From: Saprolegnia diclina VS20 | Lineage: Eukaryota | Reading direction: 5' to 3' | DNA: 64,000 nt | NCBI RefSeq assembly: GCF_000281045.1 | Contig: NW_008246070.1 | Span: forward strand, 1,100,193 to 1,164,192 | Shown here: in pieces, positions 1-11,792 of the stretch | Layout: every line of letters starts with the position of its first letter | How positions within the stretch are numbered: position 1 is the stretch's first letter | Made by a program: the position numbers and the translations under genes | The notes under the pieces: generated by a model | What the model saw: the letters and a program-made list of their open reading frames with translations, nothing else | Told to the model about the DNA's origin: nothing | Database searches by the model: none

Positions 1-248
1 CACTGGAGTGTGCCTGGACGCGCCTGGGAGCTTATCGCATGTGACGTACGGCGACTCGCTACATGGAGTTTTGCCAGGATGGAATAGGAGAATGCAGCTG
101 CGGCGCAGACCGACTGGCTGGCCAAGCTGCGCACACTGCACGACAGTGGCCTTGCGACACTGCGTCGCGCCGAGCGCCGCCGCCCGAGGCGTCGAGCAGA
201 GTACGATAAGGCGTGAGTCTTGTTAAAATATACCGGTAGCTGTCGTGT

Positions 249-918
249 TCAAACCGAGATGCGCGGGATGTCGTCGTTGTACTCGTCGTCGTCGTCGCTG
301 TCGCGGCCGCGGCGGCGCATCTCTTGTTGTCGCAAAAAGATATCTCGCTCGAGTAGTGTCTGGTACTGCTGCCAGACCGCCGAAACGACTTCCAACGCGC
401 TGTTGATGGTGGTCGTGGCTTTGCGCAGCTCCTTGCCGAGGGCCTCGTTGGCGCGCACGGTGTTTTCGTTGGCGGCAATCACAGCCTTGTTGGAGCGCAC
501 GACTTCATCGTTCGAGCGCTTGAGCGCTTCGTTGGAGCGCACGAGGTCGGCCATGTCGATCGTATTGGACGCTTTGGCCTTCTTGTCTAGACGCATGGCA
601 TGACCGCGCTATCCTCGCCACATTGCTCGTACCAGAGGCCTCCTTCTTGCTCTTCTTGGCGCCGACCTCAGTCTTGACAGGCTCGGCCTTGCGCTTGTAG
701 TGCTGCAACGACTGCTCGAACGCGTAGTTTTGGGACGACTCTACAAAGTAGAAGTTCGTGGGGATGCTCTCCCGCTTCAGCGCGTCTTTGGGAAGGTCAA
801 ACTTGCTTTGGCGCGGAGGAGAAGGCGCTTCGTCCTCGTCGTCGCTGAGCTCGTCGGCCACCGGCGGCGCCTCCCGCTTGATGTGGAACTTGGGGATCGT
901 CGGCGCCGGCGTCGTCAT
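249..918 (-). CDS. Hypothetical protein (acidic/basic low-complexity N-terminus, C-terminal coiled coil); 2 exons
   Basis: ATG at 918 (MTTPAPTIPK). A 46-nt GT..AG intron (632-587) joins ORF 505..957 to ORF 249..596 in frame (EAS-D-KKAK). Heptad-like RSNEALKRSNDEVVRSNKAV repeats. Confidence 0.7.
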
Positions 919-1380
919 ATCGATATTGGTCCGTGAATTTCGAGTGTTTGGTGCCAACGCGCCGGATACGTTTTATCCGGACGTTCTCTGCGCGGGAACG
1001 TGCCCCGGCACACGGGGTACGCGTAGTAGGCGCCAACCACTACTAGTAGAGTCGACACACGTCGTCGGTTGGCGTTTGTGGAAGCATACAAGAGGTATTG
1101 ATCGCCTGTGGGCTAGTGTCACGAGAAGGTTCCTACCAATACCACCGGTATTCTTGGCATTGTTTGCATGAGCGGACCGTGCCCCGGAGTACAACCCGTG
1201 AAACGGCCGTTGAAGTCAAATCACGTCATGAGATGCATGGCGCCATGGTGAAGATACGACCTCAACCTAAGCAGCTCTGCATTAAGGCTCGTAGTGCACA
1301 GCAGAAATAGCGTATTAGTTAACCTAGTTGTACATATTGCATACACAGTCTCATCTTCCGACTTCTTCGATACAAGACTC

Positions 1381-2691
1381 TTAGACCAGCGACATCATCA
1401 GGACGGCAACCAGGGACGCACCAAGAGCGACAAGTGATGCGCTGTTGACGACAGTGCCAGCGGTACCACCTGCGCCCGATGGATTTCGAGAGGCAATCGT
1501 CTTGCCCGAGGCGTCGGTCGGAAGCGGGGGTGCCACCGCCTTGGCGAGGGCCGGTGGCACGCTGTCGGCGGCCGTCGGCTTGACACAGTCGGGCGCAGGC
1601 GACGAACACACTTCGCATATCTGTGTCGTGAGCTTCCGGCGGCAGCCGTGAGTGGCCTTGGCGCACAGCGGGCTGTTCGTCCAACATGGCGGGTTGATCT
1701 TGGTGAGGTCGTCGGCGGACGGAAGCGGCTTCATGTTTGCGTACTCGCCCTTGCGCGCTTGAACGAGCGCGTTGTAGAGCGAAAGCATGCGCGCCGTGCG
1801 CTTGGCATTGGCGTTTTCATCCAGCGGGTTGTTCCAAAACGAGAGGTCGCTCGCCATCGTGGTGAAATCAAACTCGACTTTTCCATCCTTGCAAAACTCG
1901 ACGCGGTCCGCGTAGCGTCGCCCCGTCTTGCTATTCGTGAGCGACGTGATGCCGACGAGGTCGTCGAGGCGGATGTACCCAAGGATGTCAAAGGCATACG
2001 TGCACTGGACGCCATCGGGCGATACGCCCAGCGGACAGAGACCCCCGGGCTGCGACTTGCGGCACGCGTCATCCTTGGCGTCGAATTTACGGGTAAAGCA
2101 TGAGTTGGGGAACGAAAACCAGTAATTGTCCGCGTACGCAGCGTACTTGTGCGCCTTGCGTGCCTCGCCCCCGATAAACGGGCCGACGTTGGCGTGGTAG
2201 TTGAGACCCGAGAGACTCTGGCACTCGTCCGAGAGCGTGCCTTTCGCGTCCAGTGGCGTGCACATGCCGCCGTCCATAGCAATGAACTTGCCGTACTCGG
2301 GCACAACGCCAGCGTTCTCGGCGTACTCTGCGATCGCAAACGTCGGCTGCACAATCGTCACGTTGAGGAACCAGATGTAGCTCATGTTGGTCTTGCGCAT
2401 GCACTGCACCGAGTCGGCTTGGTTGATGCCTTCGGTTTGGACGTAGTAGAGCGCGCCTTCAACCGACGCGGTGTTGACAGTGTCCATTGCCGCGCGGTAC
2501 CGCTCCTCAAACGTGTTGGTGTGCTGCTTGAGAACGAGACCAAACTTCTTCTTGGCGGCGTCCCACGTCGCCGCGTCCGAGACGACGCGCGCCTGGATCG
2601 ACGTGACTGCCGTCATTGCCCATTTGTTGGTCGGAGGTGCTTGGCCTCCAACGAGCCCGATAGCGAGAAGCAGCGGCAGAAGACGCACCAT
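1381..2691 (-). CDS. Secreted Cys-rich protein of unknown function, probable GPI anchor
   Basis: Single exon. Signal peptide MVRLLPLLLAIGLVGG, many Cys, Ser/Gly/Ala linker and hydrophobic C-terminus (SASLVALGASLVAVLMMSLV). Confidence 0.85.
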   Translation of the reverse strand: MVRLLPLLLAIGLVGGQAPPTNKWAMTAVTSIQARVVSDAATWDAAKKKFGLVLKQHTNTFEERYRAAMDTVNTASVEGALYYVQTEGINQADSVQCMRKTNMSYIWFLNVTIVQPTFAIAEYAENAGVVPEYGKFIAMDGGMCTPLDAKGTLSDECQSLSGLNYHANVGPFIGGEARKAHKYAAYADNYWFSFPNSCFTRKFDAKDDACRKSQPGGLCPLGVSPDGVQCTYAFDILGYIRLDDLVGITSLTNSKTGRRYADRVEFCKDGKVEFDFTTMASDLSFWNNPLDENANAKRTARMLSLYNALVQARKGEYANMKPLPSADDLTKINPPCWTNSPLCAKATHGCRRKLTTQICEVCSSPAPDCVKPTAADSVPPALAKAVAPPLPTDASGKTIASRNPSGAGGTAGTVVNSASLVALGASLVAVLMMSLV

Positions 2692-3117
2692 TGTGCTCGT
2701 GCAGTCGACGGTGGAAATGTGTACGTTCCAAAATGAGTCCGACTCGAGTCCTCCCTTGTTGCTTGATGTGACGATGATTGATGTCGACACTTGAATGAAA
2801 ATTCAACCTCCAAATTCAAAACTATTGGACGCACACTTCGACACTTGAATTTGTGGCACGTGGATACTTCATGCAGAGAGCTGCGTGGATCCGGTACGTT
2901 GAATAGATATAAATATATTGTATGTGTAGCTATGCCAGTACACTGCCAGCACAGTGTAAACTGGGGCCATCCACCACGACACTTAGCGTCGAGACGACGC
3001 CACCGAACGCATCTGACGTTGCACTTGCGACTGTGGGATGCCAATCAGAAAAATTAAAAAAATGATTGCGTGCGTGTATCATCACGCGGTATTTTTTAAT
3101 TTGCCGCAAAAGCGATC

Positions 3118-4527
3118 ATGATGCAGCAGACCAGCAGCAGTGTCGACGAGGACTTGGAAGCCAGCAAGCACAAGCAAGCCTCGATGGCGCCCGAGGGCTG
3201 CTCGGTGCGGTTCATGTTGCTGCTGTGTGCGCCGCGCATGGCCATCAACATGGCGTGGGCGGCGCAGTGGGCGGCACTCGCGCCGCTGCTCCAGTCGCTT
3301 CTCTCGTCGCCCATGGTGCAGCTCGTCCAAGTCATTGGGCCCATCACGGGCTTTCTCATTGGACCGAGTATGGGCGTGCTCAGCGACAGCTGCACGAGTC
3401 GCTACGGCCGCCGCCGACCGTTTATCTTTTGCGGCGCATGGGCTACCGCGCTCTGCTGGCTCTTCCTCATGTTTCTCGATGACATCTCGTCGGCGCTCGG
3501 CGACACGCGAGAGCATCCGTCGTGGAAGCGTGCCTTGACGGTTCTCGGCTACATCTGGATGGACGTTTCCGTGAACCTCACGCAAGTGCCTGTGAACTTG
3601 CTCATTGCCGACGTCGCCGGCGACCGCCAGATCACGGCCGCGTCCATCGGCGGCGTGTACGCGATCATGGGCTCGTTTGTCATCTCGGGCTTCGTCATGG
3701 CCTTTGGCGCTGCCGCAACCCACCTGCAAGCGTTCCTCTCGATGCTCCTCGTCATTCTCCTCGGCACAACGATGCTGGTTTGCTACATGATCACCGACAA
3801 GCCTTACGTGCCCGAGACCGAGGTGCGCACGACGCGTCTTGAGCGAATCGGCGCGGCCTTCCGCGCCGTGTACGAAGGCATCTTGCGGCTCCCGCATCTA
3901 CTTCGCATCTACGGGATCATTACGGTGCTCGTCTTGTATGGCTTCACGGCCTACAACAGCGCAAAAGGCCAGTTCTTTGGCCTCGAGCTCTATCATGGCG
4001 TCGCGAAAGGCTCGGACAACTGCGGCTCCAACTGCACGATCGAGCAAACCAACTTCAACACGGGCGTCCAGCTCGCGACCGGGCTCACGGATACGCTCTT
4101 CAACAGTACGGGCCTCGTCTACCTCGGTTTTCTGCCGTACCTCGTGCGTACGTTTGGCGCCAAGTCGGTGCTCGCGGCGGCACTACTGCCCCAAGTGCTC
4201 TTCATCGTCATGGCCTTCTCGCACGAAGTCGGCGTGGACGTGGCCATCGCAGTGCTCTCGTCGATCACGCAAAACACGCTGTTTCCGATGACGATGCCGC
4301 TCATCATCCACGTCGTCGGCTACGGCGAGGCCAACCAGCTCGGCCTCTTTGCGGGTGCGCTCAACTCGGCCGTGTGCTTTGGTCAGTTTCTCGACTTTGT
4401 GTTGGCGTCGCTACTGGTGACGACCGAGATGGGGTATCGCCTCCCGATCCTCGTCGGCGGCGTCCTCTCTCTGCTTGCGTTTGTCCTGACGATCACCAAG
4501 TTCCACGTCAAACTCGAGAGCATTTGA
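3118..4527 (+). CDS. MFS glycoside-pentoside-hexuronide (sucrose/H+ symporter, SLC45-like) transporter
   Basis: 469-aa single exon with about 12 hydrophobic segments; motif GPITGFLIGPSMGVLSDSCTSRYGRRRPFI is typical of SUT/SLC45. Confidence 0.9.
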   Translation: MMQQTSSSVDEDLEASKHKQASMAPEGCSVRFMLLLCAPRMAINMAWAAQWAALAPLLQSLLSSPMVQLVQVIGPITGFLIGPSMGVLSDSCTSRYGRRRPFIFCGAWATALCWLFLMFLDDISSALGDTREHPSWKRALTVLGYIWMDVSVNLTQVPVNLLIADVAGDRQITAASIGGVYAIMGSFVISGFVMAFGAAATHLQAFLSMLLVILLGTTMLVCYMITDKPYVPETEVRTTRLERIGAAFRAVYEGILRLPHLLRIYGIITVLVLYGFTAYNSAKGQFFGLELYHGVAKGSDNCGSNCTIEQTNFNTGVQLATGLTDTLFNSTGLVYLGFLPYLVRTFGAKSVLAAALLPQVLFIVMAFSHEVGVDVAIAVLSSITQNTLFPMTMPLIIHVVGYGEANQLGLFAGALNSAVCFGQFLDFVLASLLVTTEMGYRLPILVGGVLSLLAFVLTITKFHVKLESI

Positions 4528-4903
4528 GGCATCGACTTTTCTTCTGCTAGTTAGAACTAAAACTCTATGGAACGAGATGGAAGTTGCGACGAAAGTTGAG
4601 TTGGCTACATGCTCGTGCATTTGGGACTTTTCAGCGTTTTCAAGACATTAAGTCTGTCCGATCAGGTTGGACCAAAACCGGTTCGAACGACAGGCCTACA
4701 CAAGGGCACGAGTGCGGTGGACAAAGCGGAGTTTAACACTCGTTTAACACATAGTTTTCCGATGCTTAGTACGAGGCAGGCTTGCACCGCAGTAGCAGCA
4801 TCGACAGACGGACACCAGTGCGACGATTCATAGTACTAGTACGTTCGAAACACATCTTTGCGACCCGATGTTTGTGCAAAGGAATGTACGCTGATGTTAG
4901 GGG

Positions 4904-4927
4904 CATCATCATCATCATCATCATCAT
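4904..4927. repeat. (CAT)8 microsatellite
   Basis: catcatcatcatcatcatcatcat seen directly; intergenic. Confidence 0.9.
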
Positions 4928-6196
4928 TCGCTGGCGGGACGCGGCGTCGCAGCTCGTCTCCTTTGCCAAACAGTTACTACAGTACGCAACTACATGGACG
5001 ATATACACGTCATAGTTAGTCGTTTCACGCTTGTGCATCTTGGTACTAGCTTGATGATAAACGAGTCCGGTAAGCAGAACAACAAGGCTCCAGTTGGTTG
5101 ATCTATTTTTTGCTCGGTTGCAAGTTGTGGCGGCTTCCTCAGTGCAAGCTTCCAGTGATGTCACATCCGACTCATATTGGCGAATACAAACGACACGGAG
5201 AACCTCTCGTTCTGCTAGCTTGGTCTATGACTCTGGATCCACACTTATTTGTAGCCTTTCAGCAAAACACGACAACAAGCAACGGGAAAAACGGTGCAGC
5301 GCGTTTCAAAGCGCTTGGATCGAACTGAGATGGTGCTCAGGTGTTGGATGACCCGATCTCACCGCATTGGCCACCTCTCGATGGCTCCCCGTCCAACTCT
5401 CTAGCTCGTCCTCCACAAGAGCCAGTAAACGAGCTCGACCGTTTGCGATTAGGTTGAATAAAGCCGCGCAGTTTGAGTCGGTCCCAACTGCACTGCAGGA
5501 CGACAGCGGTGTGGGTATCTTCAACAACGGGTCATATAAACACACGGCCCCTATTTCTTGAAACAAAATCGAAAAAGGGGTTAGAATAGTTGGGGCAGCA
5601 GGCATACCCCTGGAGCACTCGCGAGGCTTCTTGCGTGGTGACGGCGTACTCGCGTTCAGCACTGGCAAGCTCCGTGTTCATGGGACTTGGACGTGGTCGG
5701 CAGTAACATGTGTGTGGATGCGAATCCAACTGGCGCAGCAACATAATATCAGGCGCCCATGTCGTAATGTTCTTATCACAGAACGACTGCAGCATATACT
5801 GACCACGTTCTTCGAAGGCCCATGACGTCCTCTGTGAGCAAAGGGGACGCCGCGCTCTCATTTTGCCAGCGACGTTGGTTGATGTCTGTTTAGAGTGATG
5901 GGCCCTCGTGGATGTCACGATCATGTGTACGTCAAGGAAGCATCAACAAACGGACGCGGCGGCTGTGATTGTCGCTTTGGCGTAACGCGCTGGCTCCTCC
6001 ACGCGCAGACTTGTTGACCTCGGGCCGATTGCTCGCAGGGACGATCGAGGGGCAAGCATCCTCGAGCAACAACCCGATACAATACCGAGGACCTTTTCAC
6101 TCGATCGGTGCAAAACGCTTGGAAGAAAACCAACCAAAACATCACGAGAAAACAAGTTTGTTTCGATTAGATAGGATAAATACTGAACCAAAAACT

Positions 6197-6649
6197 CTAC
6201 TCGTCGTCCTCTTCATCTTCATCTTCGTCGTTGTCATACTCCATGGCAAAGACCATGCGCTGGCGCTTCATGGCGGGCGGTGCCGTCTCGGCGGCCCGCT
6301 TTCGTCGCCGGTCGGCCAGGCAACGCTCGGCCTGCGCGAGTTCGTCGGCCGTCTCGAGCCGTTCCTTGCGGCTGTCGATGGCTTCGTAGCAAAAGACAGC
6401 GAGCGTCTTGGCGTCGTAGAGCGTCTGGAGCATGCGAATGCGCTCCGTGTGGTCGAATCTCCGCACGCGGCGGCGGCGTTTCTCAACGAGCCTCTCGACG
6501 CTCGGCTCGATCGTGATCGTGTGGTGCTTGGACGCGAGTCCGATGGGCGGGCCACTCTCCTTGGGCAAGGCTGATCCGTTGACGTCGATACCAAAGAGGT
6601 ACGTCGTTCTCGGGCCAAAGGTCACGTTCTTCTTCACGCTGTTGGTCAT
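6197..6649 (-). CDS. CSRNP N-terminal-like small protein, tandem paralog A
   Basis: MTNSVKKNVTFGPRTTYLFGIDVNGSALPKESGPPIGLASKH resembles the CSRNP N-terminal motif (KxVxF..VT.YYF....F.SVP..GG..LGM...H). Basic NLS-like segment and acidic tail. Confidence 0.75.
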   Translation of the reverse strand: MTNSVKKNVTFGPRTTYLFGIDVNGSALPKESGPPIGLASKHHTITIEPSVERLVEKRRRRVRRFDHTERIRMLQTLYDAKTLAVFCYEAIDSRKERLETADELAQAERCLADRRRKRAAETAPPAMKRQRMVFAMEYDNDEDEDEEDDE

Positions 6650-7523
6650 GTTGATGCGGTGCGGCAAATTGGGTTTTGGCGTCGTCAGATGTGTTACTGT
6701 CGCCACGGCGCGCCGTCACATGCCTTGTATCTTGAGATTTGTATATATGGAGGAGGGGGGAGCGCGCGTATATGGCGGGCTAGGGTTGCCATAGACCGAA
6801 TAAAAATATTTTCCATCACGGAACGGGTGCGTGGCGACGCTTCTCTGCGAATGGTTTCTTGTCCAGTTTTTTAATATTTTCTTTGAAATCCTGCGCTTGC
6901 GACAGGGCTCGTGGCCAAGCGTGCAACTGCGTGTGCTCGTCGATAGTCGAGCGAATCTTATCGTGTCTTGTCCTACATGTCCGTACTCGACGATTTACCT
7001 GCCCCTTGGCGACTATGCATTCGAGTGTCGAGTCGACCGAGCGGACGCATGGGACATGCCGGCTCGGCGCGCGGGGATGATGCCGCTGCCCAGGTCTATG
7101 GGTCTCTGCCAAACAAGCTCAACGAACCACACTCTTGCACGAGTACCGGTAAATATTCCAAGCCGTCGCTGTCTCGGTGCTGAATTTCCATGGTTCAGAC
7201 ACGACACACGTTGCTGGATGGAATTGAAGTCCGTGGCTTTTTGGTGAGGAAGGACCGAGCAAATCGGCTTGGATGTGCAACGCTGAGGCAGCCGATGGGC
7301 TTGATGGATCATGGGAGGTTTTATCAGACGCCTCCAATGGCCTCGTTCAAAAGCCACACGCCCACCTCCTTACCCTCGTCCCGACGTCACGTGGTCAGAG
7401 AAACGACGTCTCTTTGCTTCTTTGCTGCTTGTTCGCGAGTCATCTCGCGTCAACGCGTCGGCTTCTGACTGGTGGACGCATGTACATATATTGCATCGAT
7501 AAATAGGTCGTTTTCACACTCCT

Positions 7524-7979
7524 TCATCGCGCGTCCTCGTCGGTCTCGTCTTCATCTTCGTCGTCATCTTCCTCGTCGTCGTACTCCATTTCCCACATGC
7601 GCATGCGCTTCGTGTCGACGACTAAAGCTTCTGGTTCGGAATGGCGCTTGCGACTCGGACGGGGCGTGAGGCGCACAATGTCGTCCTCGGTTTCGACGCG
7701 CGACTTGCGCAAATCGATGGCCTCGCTGCAAAAGAGCGCGAGGGTCCGCGCGTCGTAGAGCCCTCGGAGCATCGCGATGCGCTCCAAGTGGTCAAAGCGG
7801 CGCAGGCGGCTTCGTCGCATGCAGCATCTGGCCGCGTCGGGCACGGGCTCGATCGTCATGGCGCTGTGGCGCAGCGCGAGGCCGATGGGCGGTCCGCTCT
7901 CGTGTGGCAGCGCCGACCCGTTGTAGTCCAAATCAAAGAGGAACGTCGTCGCGGTGCTAAAGGTCACTTGCTTCGTCAT
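7524..7979 (-). CDS. CSRNP N-terminal-like small protein, tandem paralog B
   Basis: MTKQVTFSTATTFLFDLDYNGSALPHESGPPIGLALRH...RRFDHLERIAMLRGLYDARTLALFCSEAIDLRKSRVET aligns end to end with paralog A. Confidence 0.75.
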   Translation of the reverse strand: MTKQVTFSTATTFLFDLDYNGSALPHESGPPIGLALRHSAMTIEPVPDAARCCMRRSRLRRFDHLERIAMLRGLYDARTLALFCSEAIDLRKSRVETEDDIVRLTPRPSRKRHSEPEALVVDTKRMRMWEMEYDDEEDDDEDEDETDEDAR

Positions 7980-8790
7980 CGTTCGCCGCTTGTGTATAGT
8001 ATGTCTCCAGCTGTACCCACCACGTGCCGATTTGCCTACTGAGTGTGCTACGGTGTTGTGTCTATCACCACCGGATCTCGACACATGTCCACAGCGCCGA
8101 GGTTGCACTTGCCGTTTGTATTCTGACGCGGCGGGGTGCCACGTATACGAAGATCCCACCGTGGCCAGGGAAGGGGTTATGGGCCTGGACGTGGATTTAA
8201 ACTCGATTGCGTGCACTCAACTCGCTATTTGTATGTGACATTAAATATTTGGATTAAATATTGCACCGGCGACCCAACTGCAGGCGCACGTCAACGCTGA
8301 TGGCCACGAACGCGTGGACTTTAGCTATGCTTGTACGGTCTTTCGCTATAAGACTGCGACGTCCTTTGCCTGCGACGACTGCGTGGTTCTTCTTGACAGT
8401 ATATCAGAAAGGGCTGGACGCGACTTGGCGCGTCAGAGTCGTTTAGGATGTTGCATTGTACCTGAGCTATTAGCCTGGACCATCAGTACTGAGTGGCTCA
8501 CCGAGATTTCAACCGCTAGTGCTTGACGCAGCGACTTCACTGCACGGAGGCGGGAAGGACTGAGCACCCTTCATCAAGCCGCAGGAAGGTCACGGTACCG
8601 TGATCGTGATACCAAGGGAGCCCATACCCATGGAAATCGTGTTTCCCTTTTACTACCACAGAGCAGGCGGTGAGCAGGACTGTCGACTACTTTGGTCTCT
8701 CTTGAGCGAAACAGTCCGCAACGCTGGACTGTGAAGTTGCGTGCAATTAGCCTCGTCCGCGCCGCCGCTCATTCCGGATACCGTGCGAGC

Positions 8791-10184
8791 ATGAACCTGC
8801 CGGTGCAGAAATCGCTGCCGACGGATGGCTGCCCGACGCAGACGTCGCGCATGCAGGCCGAGACCGAGGCGACGTGCATCTCGTTCTTCGTCGACCTGGA
8901 CGATCTCCCGGCGTCCGAGATTGCGCAGCTGCAGAAAGCCGGCTTCCTCGACGAGGCCAAGCGCGTTTGCCTCCTCAAGGAGCGCCACACGCCGTACCTG
9001 ATGCGTGGCCTCGAGTACCTCCCGCCAGGCTTCCAGTCGATGGACGCTAGCCGCCCGTGGTTCATTTACTGGATTCTGCACTCGCTCGAGATGCTCGGCG
9101 CCCACGCAGAGATGCAGTCGTTCCACGCCGCGTGCCTCAACACGATCAAGCGCTGCTGGAGCGACGCGCTTGGCGGCGGCTTTGGCGGCGGCATTCTCCA
9201 GATGGGCCACATGGCGACAACGTACGCGTCCTGCCTTGCACTGGCCATCATTGGCACGCCGGAAGCGTACGACATTGTCGACCGGGAGGCGCTGCTTGCA
9301 TTCTTCCTCGCCAACAAAGACCCGGTCACTGGCGCCTTCCACGCGCACGACCAAGGGTACATTATCCTCTACTCACATATTCATGATGAATGATCTGCAT
9401 TGTAGCGAGGTCGACATCCGCATCACGTACTGCGTCATTTCGATTGCGAGTTTGTTTGGCATTTTGACGCCGGAGCTCACGCTTGGCGTCGTCGAGTTTG
9501 TGGCCGCGTGCCAGACGTACGAAGGCGGCTTCGGACCCATGCCGTACCAGGAAGCGCACGGCGGGTACACATTCTCGGGCGCGGCGATCCTCTCGATCTT
9601 GAACGCGCTGGACCGCGTCAACATCCCCGCACTCACGGTAGCGCTTCCCATATTCACGTCGTTCCGAATAACTCTGGATAGCACTATGTGGCGCACCGTC
9701 AAATGGCCGTCGAGGGCGGGTACCAAGGTCGTACCAACAAGCTTGTCGACGGCTGCTACAGCTACTGGATGGGGGCAGTGCCTGCGCTCTTGGCCCCCTA
9801 TACGCGAGGTACACCTCGACGCCTCGACGCGCTTTGCACGCTCATAATGGCTTTGTAGGAATTTACGTGAGCGACCGCGCAGCCCATCAGCGCTATATTT
9901 TGCTCTGCGGCCAGCAACTCGAGGGCGGCCTCCGCGACAAGCCGGGCAAGCCGCGCGACCATTACCACTCGTGCTACGTCCTTAGCGGCCTCTCGCTCTC
10001 GCAGCACGGGGACGGCCGCCCCGAGACGCCCGTCTTCGTGGCCGGTGCGCCCGAGAACCGCGTCGAGCCCACGCACCCGGCGTACAACATCTCGCCGGAC
10101 AAGGTGCTGCTTATCCAGTCGTATTTTGCAGAGAAAGCGGCCGGCGCGACCCGTATCGAGGTCCTGGAAGAGACGATGGACTAG
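8791..10184 (+). CDS. FNTB: Protein farnesyltransferase beta subunit; 4 exons
   Basis: Motifs MDASRPWFIYWILHSL, GEVDIR, CQTYEGGFG..P..EAHGGYTF, GRTNKLVDGCYSYW, GGLRDKPGKPRDHYHSCYVLSGLS. Introns 9357-9405, 9638-9681, 9809-9858. Confidence 0.95.
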
Positions 10185-10312
10185 AAAATGTGTGCAACCT
10201 GGACGTCAACACAGAGATTCGTGGATGAGGCTAACCCCAGCCCTTCCTCTGCTAGTCAGCTGGTGAAGACCGGAACACTCGGATGTCTTTGTCAGTGAAA
10301 ATCGCGTTGGGC

Positions 10313-11023
10313 TTATTGAATGGGCGGTCGCGTCAAGTCTTCACTGTAGCGGGGCTGTTTCCGGACGGGACTTTGCATCGTGGCGAGCGTCTGTCGGCGC
10401 TTCTGCTTGGTCGCCGATCGATGCAGCGCATCTTGCTTGGCCAAATCCGCAACGTATTTCTGATGGTACTTGATGAACGTCGACTCGATCGGGCGGTCTT
10501 CGGCTGGCAGCGAGCCAAACGGCGCGTCGGTCTGGGGCGTCGTGGGTTCTACAGAACATCCTGTGAAGCTCCAGAGAGCAAGTGCGCGCCTACCGTCAGC
10601 GATAACCTTGGTCGTTGGTGAGCCCGGAATCGCCAAGACGCTTAGGAAGCGCTTGGTTCGCCGCTGCAGCCGGCCGACGAGGGCGTCGAGAAGGTGCACC
10701 GAATCGGGTGCCTTCTTTGTGAACGGCAGCCAGCGCTTCTGGTCTTCCAAGTACGCCGCATGGAGCGTCTGCAAGAGCGAAACGAGCTCCGTCACTGCTT
10801 GCGTCAAGTGGGTTAATGCCACGGCCTGTGGCCGGGTCACGACACCATGGAGGTCATCGAGCGTCGCATGGAGCACCTCGAGCTCCGCTTGCACGTCGGT
10901 CTCGACAACGACGTAGCGGGCGTCGGCGCAGGAGGGCAGGCCTAGGACGCCGTCCATGCAGGTCGAGAGCCACGTCTGCAGCGCTTGCACCTCGGCGATG
11001 GCGAGCGCTGTCGCTTCCTGCAT
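10313..11023 (-). CDS. Hypothetical helical protein
   Basis: 236-aa ORF with coding-like codon usage and amphipathic helices; no recognised motif. Confidence 0.55.
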   Translation of the reverse strand: MQEATALAIAEVQALQTWLSTCMDGVLGLPSCADARYVVVETDVQAELEVLHATLDDLHGVVTRPQAVALTHLTQAVTELVSLLQTLHAAYLEDQKRWLPFTKKAPDSVHLLDALVGRLQRRTKRFLSVLAIPGSPTTKVIADGRRALALWSFTGCSVEPTTPQTDAPFGSLPAEDRPIESTFIKYHQKYVADLAKQDALHRSATKQKRRQTLATMQSPVRKQPRYSEDLTRPPIQ

Positions 11024-11792
11024 CGTCTTCGAATTCCAAGTGGCGGCAGACTGGCCAGTTCCAGCGATGTGATTGGCTATAATGCAATCGGCCTGCCAGC
11101 CGTTGCTGTATTTTATTATACATCCGATCTAGATCTCGGCATTTGTATTGATAATCGTTTAAAAATAATAATTTGAAGATCAAGCGCGCTGGGAATGGCG
11201 CCAAGATCGCTCCGGGCTCAGAGGCAGGACCACCAACTGGTGGACTTACTGCGAGCAGTGCGAATAACGCGAGAGGACTATACAGTGGTTTGTTCATAAG
11301 CGCAACACCTACACGAGACTCTTGCGTCGAGCTAGCAACGATAGCCGGGTGGCGACCATTCGCAACCAGGTCTCGGCGTGGAGCATCGAGGTGCGGGAGA
11401 AGCGGTCGTGACAAATGCTAGCAGAGGCTCCGGTGTCGTCTTTGCCTCGGCGTTAGGCGGTAGCTCTGAGACGAGACGCCTGCGCCCCGCGATTGTGACC
11501 AATTTTGTCGCCATAGGATCTTCGTGCTGGGACTGAAATACCGTCACAGAGCTTCGAGTCGACGGAGAGAGCAACCGAATCGCTTCACCGTGGCATGTGG
11601 AAGTCGGCGGTAGAGCCCTATGGCAGCACGGTGCGTTGGCGTCGATAGTGTTCAGCATTGGCGTCATCACCGTACGATCTTCCGCCGATTCCATGGCGGA
11701 AGCTGCCCATCGCCATCGTGTTGAAGTGTCAGTTGCCTCTGGCTTCAACGGTAACGCACCCGCGTCTAAGCCCACTTTTCAACGGTTGGCCC

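Noticed and set aside
3082..3897. Long antisense and alternative-frame ORFs over real genes (also 19296-20681, 24468-25397, 53712-54698, 57925-58956)
   Set aside because: Expected shadows of strong GC3 codon bias; they carry no motifs and the opposite strand has the recognisable protein.
4530..6190. Long, lower-GC intergenic stretch with several 60-130 aa ORFs
   Set aside because: No coding bias, transposase/RT motifs, terminal repeats or RNA-gene structure that I could identify.
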